Source: Bispira polyomma
Taxonomy: Eukaryota
DNA length: 64,000 bases
Assembly (NCBI GenBank): GCA_965649765.1
Contig: OZ287750.1
Location: 51,274,001 to 51,338,000 of the forward strand
Reading direction: 5' to 3'
The translations under genes and the position numbers were made by a program. Shown piece by piece: positions 13,731-25,873 of this stretch. Each line of letters starts with the position of its first letter. Within the stretch, counting starts at the first letter, position 1. Below the pieces are notes generated by a model. That model was not told the DNA's origin. It made no database searches and worked only from the letters and a program-made list of their open reading frames with translations.

Positions 13731-16700
13731 AATAGTATAATATCTTAACTGTATAGTTATATCGCAAAATATCAATTTTAAAATATTTATTTTACTGAAG
13801 TTTGGGAGTTGCCCCAAGTTCTGTATCACTGGGGTATTTCCTTAAGTATAATATTATTATGGAAGATTGTTTTATTATTAGAGAATAATTTCTATAGCGC
13901 CAAATCGATATAGCATCCTCCAAATGATTAGTCGGAAGACAGAAATGGGCCATGACCCAGAATTTTATATAAAATGTAATATGGTAACATTCATACATAC
14001 AGCTAGTTGACAAAATTTACCTTTGTGGCATATAGTATGCTAACATTTGAACATTAGACTGTATGCAGTGATCCCATGTATTTCATCTTCACATCTTTAT
14101 TTTCTTTATTTACAATATTCTTTTTACTATTACATATCTTAAATTAATCTTAATTATTACTATTAGATTATCAAAAAGCATTTTATTTTTTTACCAAAAA
14201 ATACCAAATTATTACATTTTAACATAGTTTAAATTATATTTATTAGGCTTAACATAGCATCACGCAGACACAAATAAGTTAACAAATTATACAGTCTCAC
14301 TGATATTGATATTTTATAGTATTAACAGGAAGACAAATAGATATGTTTGTTTAACTAGATGACTGCATTTCAGTTTATTTAAATTTTTACGTCTCAGGTA
14401 TTTTCAAATCCAGTGCTTTGATCAAAGGGTCCTTTTCAAAATATTTAAATGTTGAAATCTGTTTGTGAAGTGACACAACATATGATAAAGTGTTAAATTG
14501 TTTAGACAAGATTGCATCAAATTAAACTACTGTGCAATTGCTGTGAAGTGACTTCTCGTGGTGCATTATTTAAATGGTGACATTTTGCAGTAACAGACTT
14601 CAATTGGCCACTCATGTACTGTTAGCTAGTAGGTGAGTAGACGCTTCAGAAGCCAATGGGCTTTTTGTGAAGTGTAAATGTCACAAAACGTGAAGAAGTC
14701 AGCTTGAAAAGGTATAAATGGGAAAGAATTGGGGGTTGAAGGGGGAAATGGGAGGGCAGGGGGAGATAAGAGGGTGTGTGTGCCCTACCCCCCATGAATA
14801 GGTGAAAGGGTTGTGAAGGAGGGGGTGGGGGGAGGAGGCAGTGACAAAACTAAGGTGCCCAGGTGCATGTTTTTAGAAGGCTCTATAGTGTCATATACTC
14901 ACTGTGTATCTAACACTACACACATACACACACACAGTTGACAAATGTCATGGACAATGATTTGTGACAACAATTTACCACCTCATATATTAAGAAGATT
15001 CCTCCCTCACCGAATAATGCTGGGCTTTATGTCGAGTCAGAACCCTGAAAACAACTCGACCCATCGTCTTTTTCCTCTCCACTGCACCACAAACGGATCA
15101 AAAGTTAGTACAGTTATTATCTGTCCCCACTTTGAAGTGTTTCAATGTCCTTTGTACACACAGGCCCTCCTGTCCTTAAAGAAGTAATTACAGATTGACT
15201 CTGTATAGAACTACTTCTGTTTACCTGCATATATACAAGAAGCATATAGAATAATAGTCTGTATTTCTTGAAGATAGGCTGAAACCATAAAACTAAATTT
15301 TGGCTACTATTTTTGTGAATATCATTGCAAACAGATAATAAACCTATACTTGTGACCATTTATTTAAAAGAGCTTTCAGTGCTGAATTCAAATCTTTAAT
15401 CAGATTTCAGATAAATTTACTCTTGTCAGAGGTATGGATATAGTCCTACCCCCCTAGTTTGAGTCCTAGTTGAGCTTGAGTACAATAAGCAGTTTGCTCA
15501 CTGTATACATATATAAGAGGTGGAAGTACTATACAAGAATGAGTGAGCTCTTGGTATTGTCCTCTTCCTTACAAATGGACCACTGTACTGACGTTATTTC
15601 AAATAGAAGAAGACTTGACACTTATTATGTAAAGAGCTCATTTTTGTCATCTAGAAATAAAATCTTATTACTGTGTATAGCAACTATAGTAGAAATCTGA
15701 ACATGACAGAAGTACTCAAATTACACAGATGATACCTCCCTTTGTTCACAATACATATGTGGGTGTTCTATTGTAATAACGTCTTCAACGATTTGCGCTT
15801 GAAAATCGTAACAAATTCTGGTCACTTTTTTTTCTATTTGTGTACAAACAGCTTTGTACTTTTAGAGAGTACTGTACAAGTTTTAATTTTTAATAGGAAT
15901 TTTATTTTAGCTATTTTAGCAAATCAACTTGTAATTGGATAATGAAAATTAACCCCCAAATGAGAATTTAACTTTGTATTATAATATTTCAAGTAATTAA
16001 TGTCCCATAGTGAAAAAAATAATTCCAGTTAATTTCTTAAGATGGCATATGAGTGAAAATTTCTTACACCGAAAATTTCTGCTTTTACACATCTAACTAG
16101 ATTAAAATCTTGACTTTGACTTCCTACAATAGCTTCCTTGTTAAGGGAACAAACACATCAGGCCTGTGTTTATAATGTAATATATCTATATCTGGGGTGT
16201 CAATGTATTGTATTTCAAACAGCGATATTTTACTGGTAAATAGATTAAACGTTGAAAAGGGATGTAAATCCTTGGATGTATTGTGGATATTCTGCAATAT
16301 TGTATTAATTAGGTCATGCCCTTCTGTACTGTACTGGAATGTGAAGTATGCATGCAAATAAGGGTGTTGTGTTACAGAAAAAAACTTACACAAGAGTTAT
16401 TCTAATTTTTCCAATCAAAAATCTCTATAAAATGATTTTAATATTCAAATACCAATAAATTCTATTTATAGATTCTTAGGTATTTTTCCAACTTGGGCAA
16501 CACATTACCCTTGTGATACATTGTTATCAATTTACTAGTATCTAAATACTTCAAATCATTCAAACTATGTACTACATGTAATAATTTACTGTAAAGTAGT
16601 TTCTGAATTAGGATTTAATTGCAACAGCAATACCGCTTGAGGGTGGCCTTTGAAGTTTAGTGGTCTGGACATTTGTCTTTGGATAGGAGGTGGCCAGGAT

Positions 16701-19620
16701 CCACCCTTCACAAATCTTATTCACATGCAAATCATGCAAAATCATAAAGTAGACTCTTTTCAGTCAAATTCTTTGTTAAGGTCAATAAATAGTCATTCTA
16801 TGCTAGGACTGTTGTTCCATTTGATCGCAAAGAGCTGGAGTTAATGTCAAGAATTAAAGACCGCAATAAGATTTTAAAGTTTTTAAACAAATTCAAATGG
16901 GGGTACCAGTAGCACAGAACATCTACAAAACAAATTGGAAGAGCTGGGCAAAGTCGCATGAGGCTTTATTTGAGGGCAATATCAGATTATAACCCAAACT
17001 TTATTGATTTACTTGTCGTCAGCTGACTATGTGACCACTTTGGCGCCAGATGATGACGTCATGACTGTTGAGAGATTAACAACCTCTCAATGATGTCAGT
17101 CTTATCGTATATGGCATTTGTACGTCATTTATTGAGTAATTTCAAACATAACATTCATGACTGTAAGTATATTCATCTGTTTATTACTGCTGTATTTGCG
17201 GAGATCTCCGTGTCTATTTACAAAATGTCATGATTTCTGGTTGGCGTACATATTTCAAAACAAGTCACCTCACATTACTTTGTTTATTTGTTGTGTAAAC
17301 CAATTCACCCGTCTGTATAATAGTTTATCAGACTTTCTTTGAGACATACAAACAACCATACATTTACTATCTATACACAAAAGGCACACACTGATTATTT
17401 TTAATATTTCTGAAGACTTATAAAGTTAAAATATATGAGCTCTTGTTTCAGATCTAATTTGTTAGATATTTGGCATTATACTTGTAAAATTGGCCATTTT
17501 GTTTATATACTATAGTATATTATTTTCAGTCAACCAATTGAGTGTGAACTGCATGTGACCTTGATGAAGGGTCAAAGCTAAATTCTAATAGCCAAAAGAA
17601 AAAAGTGAGGGAAATATATTGATTTTTGTAAATTACATAGGAATACGTATTGGCATTTGATTCTCCACTTCTGTACACATAATAAACTATTGATTTATTT
17701 AGTAGGGATTACAAAATCGATTTCATATAAAATAAAAGTTTATATAAAATGCCTTGCAAGCCCAATTAAGAATATTGTGGTCACTTTCTTTAACGTATAA
17801 CATTACAAGACTACATATACAGTACCAATACAAGACAACATCTGCTAAGAAAAAACCATCTCCCTATAATATCAAGGTCTGATTTATACAAATCACCACT
17901 CTGAATGTGTCACAAATGAATCTGTGACGAAAAATCACCCTACGTGTCGGAACATTTCAAACTGTTTCAGAAACACCTGGATAAGTGAGGATTAGTAGCT
18001 CTACTACAAATGTTTTAAACTGTTTAAAAATAGCGTCACAGAAACACTGCCATGTTAATGTCAGAAGGTAACACAAACATGATTTTAAAATGTTGATATA
18101 AAAATGTGAGATGAGAGGGAAATGTACAGACGGATCGACCACTTTAATTAATCCAACTCTACGAATAGCCATGTAAGTATGTGTACATGAGACCGAACCA
18201 TTAAGACCATCAGCTTATTCAAATCCCTTGACCCATTGCAGGACCTCCACACCCCTTTTACCGCCACCCCAAGACAGAGCCCACCTCCTTTCTACTATAA
18301 GATAACTGGTCAGGCTTATACTTTAAGTTTATGTTGGTGTTATATACAAAAAGTTGACTTGGGTTTCTAGTATAAAAAAACAACAGGACAATAAAAAAAT
18401 CTGGGGGCGAAATATTGGGTAGGAAATTCGCCAGATAACCTTTTCATACCAATACCCCAACACATGCATTGGCATCAGTAATAACAATTAGTAAAAACAA
18501 GACTTGTAATTGGAGAGCCAATATAATGTCAGTCTGTAATGAATACTAATCTAGTCTTCTATATTCAGCCAGCCCACAATAAACCAATTGGGGGATGAAG
18601 GGTGCTGGGCTTATCATGATGCTTCAATTATTGCAGAAAATTGAAAAACAAAAATGCCATGAAAAGTCAAATGATTTTGACAGGATTTCGTCGCACTCAG
18701 TTCAACTTTTAAAAAAACTCACCGGCTGTAATAACCAGGCGCATCACCCCAACGTCAACACACGGTATTCACACATTTTCTCGCGTGATTTCACCCGGAG
18801 AGAGGCTGGCTGTTTATAGAGTGACCACTAATGTTGACCTGGGTAAGGTCTGTGATAGAATAGTGAAGGTTTTGTTAGTTTTCTGTGAGTTAGGTGGTGA
18901 ATGAACTTTCATATACTCACTGACTTTTCATGTCCCCCGACAGATCATACACATACTGTCCGAATGTTCTCATTCAAAGTCCCATTTTTTGTTGTTATTG
19001 TAACAATAGATTGTTTTATGTTATAAAGAATATAAAAAAATGGCACACAAAGTGTGAAAGGGTTATTGAGTTCTGTTTTAGTTTGAGAATATACAGTAAG
19101 GGGGGATGGGAGGGGGAGGGGGTGAATTAAATCAAAACAAAAATTCACAGCATCCCACTTATACATATACACATAGCATTGAGAAGATTTACTTTGAAGA
19201 TATGATGATACACACATATATATATCTGTACCTGAATTTATACATCTATGAGTAAAAGCTACTGCTATATACCACCCTGGCTTATGACAACAGATTCAGA
19301 CCAGATTCACACGTGTGTGAAGATATCATAAAGACTATATGTATCTTGGTCTGTAGGTGCATTCTGTATTAGTAGGCAGTTGAAGCCTGGGAAAGAAGGG
19401 TCTCTTCTTAAAATAATTCCCAGTTTTAGAAGAGATAAATGTACACACAAGATGTGTACCAGAGATTCTCAAGTATTTTCTATGTAATTACACAGTTTAG
19501 TGCAGTTTTAAATACTCTCTGCACTCTGTGATGTGGCTTTTTAAGAGAGTTTGTATGTATTGTATACAGTCTCTGTAAATGTTTATATTTATCATGTGTG
19601 CCTAAAACACATTTATTTAC

Positions 19621-19730
19621 TCTGATGATGGATTATATCATCTGTATATTGTTTAGCCTTTCCAATGATTTTGGACATCTGATGATAGATTTTATCATTT
19701 GTATATTGTTTAGCCCTTCTAGTGACTTGC
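19621..19730. repeat. 57-bp tandem duplication
   Basis: TCTGATGAT.GATT.TATCAT.TGTATATTGTTTAGCC at 19621 and 19678. Confidence 0.75.
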
Positions 19731-20193
19731 GTTGTGCTTATAATTCATCTGTAATATAATATATGTATGTATATATTATAAGGATTGAAAGACACATATA
19801 GCCTTAAACTATTACCAAATACGGTTTAAAACTTCAAAACAAGTTACATAGTGACAAATTGTGGGTCATTATTTGTATCATTTCTGGAGGTAACACTGGT
19901 TACTTATATCAACTGCTTTTCATTTTTTCTTGAGTTTACATAATATGTGTACAATCTCTTTAGAAATTAGATGTGTTACAAAATTGACGTCATTTTGACA
20001 TGTAAGCTATATGATCCCATCTTTAAGATCTGCTTCTGAATTTCTAAAGCTTTTATGTCTAAAGCTAGCACAACTTTCTCCAATAAATGTAAATTTATAA
20101 ATAGAAGACAGTTCGAATTATATATTACGTTGCTAAGCAATATTACTGTGCTTATTTTAACCACTGATTCACATGTAATAAGAAAACGTGTAA

Positions 20194-20528
20194 GTGGCCT
20201 TTGTCGCCTAGATTGTCAGACTTTGGATTTGAGGGATCTTGAGGGTCCAGGTTCAATCCTCGCTGCAGGCCTGAAGATTGTAAACCTGGACAAGGTGCTT
20301 TACACAAAAGTTGTCCCTCTCCAGCCAGATGTATAAATAGGTACCTTGCCGCTAATGGGTGTTAGTCTTTGTGCGCCATATGTGGCAGCACTGCTAGTAT
20401 GCTTCCTGATGGAGCTGAGACGGAACAATTGGTTGACAAGTGGAAGAACCCAGGCTGGTGGGTGTAAAGTCAGATGAGACCTCAATAGAGGTGATATCAA
20501 ATTGTAAACCTACACACATTTTACATTT
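20194..20528 (+). mobile_element. tRNA-derived SINE family 1 (CORE-like centre), tail type A
   Basis: A/B-box head (GGTTCAATCC), central GGACAAGGTGCTTTAC...TGTATAAATAGGTACC, tail hairpin ACCTC-AATA-GAGGT and (ACATTT)n; six related copies in the window. Confidence 0.85.
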
Positions 20529-23105
20529 AATACAGTGTACAACATTATAAAAAAGTTGACTTAGCACTGTCACCTTGTTTGAGCAATAGTTGGGATTAAC
20601 AATAGCAAGCACAAAGACAGCATCAGAGATGCTGGAACCCAACAGCGTTTGAGCGAACTCATCAGCCCATGACGGTGTCCCTGATAAAAATGTGTACCAA
20701 ATTTAAATTTCCTCAGCGTCACAGTTTCTGAGTACTATCCCGGACAAACTTCAGCAGTCGCTGCCCACCCATCCGGAGAAGCTTTGAGATCCCGTTTGAG
20801 TCGGTTAGGACATATCTTTTAGCTGTAGTGAAGCAGCTGTCATACCTATGTGTTGACTTAGGCTATCTTTTTTTAATACACCATAACAAAAGAAAAAAAT
20901 TGACACGTCTAATTTCAGCACTCTACTCTATAGTGTCACACAAAATACCTAGGGATTTTTGGGGGTTGTTATTTTATACTACTACTAATAATAAGTGTTA
21001 TATGTAGTAACCATAGATAACCATATGTATTGTAGTCACACAAAAAAGTAAACCCACCAGGAAGTTTGAAGACCACACGCCTGTATGTATTTTAGACAGA
21101 TTATATTGTGGATATTGTTCTGTGTACCTGAGCATTTATTTATCATTACACTATGTTATATATATGTGTCTGAGGTGGGTAAAGCTTTTGGCTCCACAAT
21201 GCCCCACTCCCTGGGGTTAGTAATAACCACATCTCTCCCTACTCCACCTCGGGGGTGGGGGGTAAGCACTGGGATCTAGGGTAAATGGTGGCAACTCCCC
21301 CCTCCCACCCAATCCCACCTATATGTGTGTATATGTTGTTGCATTATAGGAGATATAAACCCTTGCCCTACAGATCACTTGCCGCTTACAACAACAATGA
21401 ATAATTTACACATGCGCGTGCGCATGCGCTTTGGTGTTACCTAGGCAAAAAATAATAGTGATTTTTCTGCACTGAATATATAGTTTACTTTTGCACCTGA
21501 TGGACTTTTTGGTGTGTCCCCCCCCCCCCCTCCTCCTAACATCTATCTTCTCCTCCACCCCAATCCTTCCAGAGAATGGGAGGGTGTGTATATGTGTACT
21601 AATTGTGTACTAATTCACCTCTATCAACTGCTTAACCAGTGCTTCTTCTCTTTTTTGCTCACTCTCAATTTAACCCCTTAAATACACAGAAGCTTGATGA
21701 GATAACACTCGAAGCTGTATGTATAATATCCACTGAATTAGTTAAGTTCTCTATGCCAGGCATTCATTCACAAAACACCCCTTTTTGGCTGATAGCTTCA
21801 GAAAAGACAAATTCATTGTTCTCATTTGGTTCAGGGGGTGTGTTTAGTAAAACATGAACATTTTCCAAAAAAACAAGAAGAAGCCATCTCAAATCCTTCC
21901 CCCTTTTAATAACACCTATTTCATCCCCTCCCTAAACCCCCTCTTCCAGTTCCCCCCCTTCTCCACCATTAAACAACAAGTTCTTTCTCTGTGTTTCGGT
22001 ACGCACGCGTGTGCACACTATAACATCACTAAGGTTTTTTTTACTATAGATTACACCTTGTCAAGGGGGTTTATTTATTTAGATTTCTAAAATTGCTCTG
22101 CCATACCTTCCTTTAGATGACAAGATGAGCTTAAGTGATATCTCTGAAGAACAACAAATCAAAGACACACATTGAACCCTGGATGTGGGTTATTCTTAGT
22201 GTAATTACCCTCTTCTTCTCTCTATACCACCAATGTAGTAGTGGTGTTCATCAGGTACAAAACTAGCTCATTGTATAAATAATAACCCCACACCCAAATC
22301 ACCCAACACACTCAGCTAAGTCCCCTTCAAGGATAGTTTAGATGGACAAATTGCTATGATTTTTTAACTGAATTCGACCACTGTCTGTATACGTCCAGTC
22401 TTGGTTCTTAAGATGAGAATATATGATGGAATCTTTAAAAATATGATCCAACTTAATAAGAGAACAGATTCTGCAAAATAGTAGTAAATAACATTGATTA
22501 TTTGCATGTGTGCATTGTTGATTACTAATGTAAGGTGTGATATGGGTTTTACTATTGACTGTAGATTTATATGAGGTTTCATACCTTTAACACCACATGG
22601 GAAGAACAATAGGTCGTAAAGGTCAATTTTAGTCAATTAAACTATCATTTGGGAAGAAATCGTCTAGAAATGTCCTTGTTTTGTTATATCAATTTTTTTC
22701 CAAGAAGATTATACATAGGGACAGAAGTCAAAAGATGAATTTTTAATGCAAGAGGCTTCCCCGAGTTAAAATATCCATCCTTTTTATACAACTTAGTTAC
22801 CCACATATATAACCCTAAAGCAAAACCCCATCTCTCACAAGTTGATGTGTTGGCATTTTCGATTTAACTATTATCGTCCTCAATTGATTAAGAAACAATA
22901 GTTGTTTACATTATGCTCCCCTCCTACCAACTCCCCGTCCCCTCCTTTGTAACAAAGTAAGATGGTGTTCTCCCTTTTTCAGTAAATTGGTAGTCCTGTT
23001 TTGTGATCAATATACCATTTGTGTTCACCCCCTTTCTGTGTATCTAACTCTATAGTACACGCACATTATAGTCTAGTGGCGTGTGTACTAAATACCTGGA
23101 CTGGT

Positions 23106-23350
23106 ATTGGCTCAAGAATCCTATTCAACTTGCGGCTTCGTGTGCCATATCAGAGCTCCACCAAACGACGGCGGCGGCCGTTATGAGTCTGATTTAGTCG
23201 TTTAGGAAAGGGAATTATTCACCCAATCAGCTTGCAGTCTGGCTGTAGGATGGTTGGCCAATCATCTGCCGCTTTGGTTTGCGTAAACTGTATTCTAGCA
23301 GACTAACTCTCTTTGAGACACCAAATCCTCACACCAGTGTGGTTATAAAA
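23106..23350 (+). promoter_or_regulatory. Putative core/proximal promoter of the PRDM3/16 gene
   Basis: ATTGG at 23106; CCAATCA at 23223 and 23258 (35 bp apart); CpG-rich GACGGCGGCGGCCG near 23167; TATAAAA at 23344-23350; all immediately upstream of the first good donor site. Confidence 0.5.
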
Positions 23351-23374
23351 AGGAAACTTTGGCTGTCAAATGCA

Positions 23375-23536
23375 CCATACACTTACAACAAGATTTGTGA
23401 AAATGTCCTCACCAAGTTTGAGTTATTAAGAATACGGATATATAGTTATATACAGTATATCAACCATTGTAAAGAGGAAGAAAAAGTATCTGGTTTACGA
23501 TTTAAAAAGTGGAACCTCTTGAACACATAAAGACAG
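23375..23536 (+). other. Putative non-coding exon 1 (5'UTR; start approximate), containing an 8-aa uORF at 23403-23429
   Basis: Lies downstream of TATAAAA (23344) and ends at a strong donor CAG|GTATGT (23537). The TSS position is inferred only. Confidence 0.5.
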
Positions 23537-24115
23537 GTATGTGGATGTTCCTATTATATTTGATGGATTTAGTCGTATTTTATTTGTTGTTGGTTTTTTT
23601 GTTAAATCTCTGCTGGTGACTCTAAAATGTTATATATAATATATAAGCTCCTATAGGATTTAGAATGTTGGAATTTAATAATCTTATAGTTCTACTGAAG
23701 AAATTAGAGAGTTATTAAATTGCAATCAAAGCACTATATAGCTTTAGACTTTTGAGTTCCTGCTGAGAGTTTAAAGTCATTTATAACTGGGTTTTTTTCT
23801 TGTAATAAACTTCAAAGCTGTAGTCGCTTTGTGGTTTAACTCCAATACAATAGTGGAAAGCTACCTGTTTGAAATGAAAATGTCTTGCTGTTCAAACTGT
23901 CTTGGGTTGAAGTGTACAAAAGAATGGGAGATGATCTCCTAGCAATATAAATATGACTGGAGCTGAATAAAAAAAACCACACACAGCTATAACAGTGCAG
24001 GACTTTCTGTGAAACCTTTCAACTTGCGAGCTTACACTTCAATAGGATTATAACAGCAAGTTTTAGTAGTTAATTCTTCAACATCTAAAATGTTTTTGGG
24101 GTTATTGTTTTGCAG

Positions 24116-24279
24116 GTCTTCCCACAATCCCGGCCTCCATATAAAGCGGAGATTTACCCACTGAAGGACTACTATTGAGAAAGGATACACTCATCTATAT
24201 CTGCACATCATCTGTGAGACTGTTTGGGATATAAAATTCATAGCAAGAATTCCCAGGACAGCTAAGAAGTCTTTTAAAG
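24116..24279 (+). other. Putative non-coding exon 2 (5'UTR)
   Basis: Acceptor ttattgttttgCAG|G and donor AAG|GTAAGA; 164 nt with no ATG. Confidence 0.6.
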
Positions 24280-25816
24280 GTAAGAACAGTTTTAAGACTT
24301 GTTTGATTAAAGACTTTATTGACATGCATTTGCATTTCTTTTGGTATATAAATAGATTCATTATTGTAAAGCTTGTAAAGCTGTTTATATAGTATAGTAT
24401 AGTTTTATATACTTTTTCTACTGTTATTTTTGGGTTGAAAGAATAAATTTATAAAGTTTAACATTAGCATTGGAGTACTGTGAAATTTGCAATGTTTATT
24501 ATTTTATGTGCATACATTGGTATTGAAGTAAACAGCCCCAGGAGATATAAAATAAATTGTAGATCATCTATGAAAAGATTGGAACTATCAGTATTTGAAA
24601 TGTAGACTGACTTCTAAATTATCACAGTCGTACACATAGCTCAGTCTATAACATTTTAATTTTAGTGATTATAAAAAATAATGTCACTCCATTAAAAAAA
24701 CTATATACTGTAGAATTGAGAACAAAAACGGGTTTCAGTGGGATACAATGCCTGTAGTTTTTTTTTTTGTTGGTTGTTCCAATGACAGAAGAACATTCTG
24801 CAATAAGGACCCCCCCTTGGATTATTTTGATCACCCCCCCTCCTATTTTCCCCTTCCCCATCTCTCCCACCCTCCCTAGATCTAATCAAACCAGGACATT
24901 AGCTCTGGGAAATTTGCTCTGTAATGGATCATGAATTTCTCTCAATTTATGACACCAGTCAACTACCAGGCCCCCCTCCCCCACACTTATTAAAACCAAC
25001 CACCCCTTCATACACAATAGTCTGGAAATATAAGGGGGAATCAATGATTTGGGAGGGGGGGGGGGGTTGAGAAGGATGGAGGGAGTGGGACAGCTTTGAT
25101 GAAGCTATTGGTCTGAGAAAACCCCAGTGTTTTTTCACTTGTGTCTGTGACTTTTTCTGTGTAGTTCTATGAATTCAGTACTGGTGGCCGTGTGTTTTGG
25201 AGTGTGGTGGTAATTCATTAGAGGAAACCCCCTCCCTCCTCCCCCCTCCAATACTTCTGTTAAATGTGTCTGTTGGGAGTGACTATATCCCTCCCCTATT
25301 TCTCCATCCAAGAGGGGGACATTTCTGTTATGTAGTGTGCTTATATTCATTAATTGACAAATATTGACAACTATAGACCCTCCACACTCTCTTTGGGTCA
25401 ACGAAAAAGACCCCCAGATATAGGCTTCTATGCTTGTCACCACAATGACACCCCGCAACCCTCCACACTTGTTTACTGCAAGGAGAGGGTCAACTTCTAG
25501 GACCTGTGAAATTCTAATATATGTCACAATAGATAGAACTTTTTACAGAAATGTGATCAAAAACTGTCAGAATTGATATCAGTGGATATACACATAGAAA
25601 GTGTGTATATACACATTGCAAGTTTTATAAGATTTAGTAAAAACTTCGTGTTTGTATGTACAGGAAAGAATTATTACACGAATTCTTGGAAGTTACATGA
25701 GAAATAAATATTTACTTTTTTTTTGGTTTACAATTCTTGTGTTTGTCAGTGATAATATAAATCTGACTCAAACCCGTTTTGTGTTTATTTTTCTGTAGAA
25801 TCACTAGTGTAACAAT

Positions 25817-25873
25817 ATGACCCACGACGGATCCGACTCTACAGGCGAGGAATATGCACTAGAACCTCGAATG
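25817..25873 (+). CDS. MECOM: First coding exon (exon 25799-25873), [19 protein letters not shown]
   Basis: Acceptor tttattttttctgtAG ends at 25798. ATG at 25817 has A at -3 and an in-frame TAG three codons before it. Donor ATG|GTAAGT at 25874 is phase 0, matching the phase-0 acceptor at 29344. Confidence 0.72.

Noticed and set aside
14731-14840. G-quadruplex-like G runs (also about 25051 and 26508)
   Set aside because: Poly-G/C runs are frequent throughout the window on both strands, with no specific positional signal.
22118-22129. GACAAGATGAG as an EVI1 autoregulatory site
   Set aside because: Only a partial match to the GACAAGATAAGATAA and GAAGATGAG consensus sites; similar 8-mers are scattered through the window.
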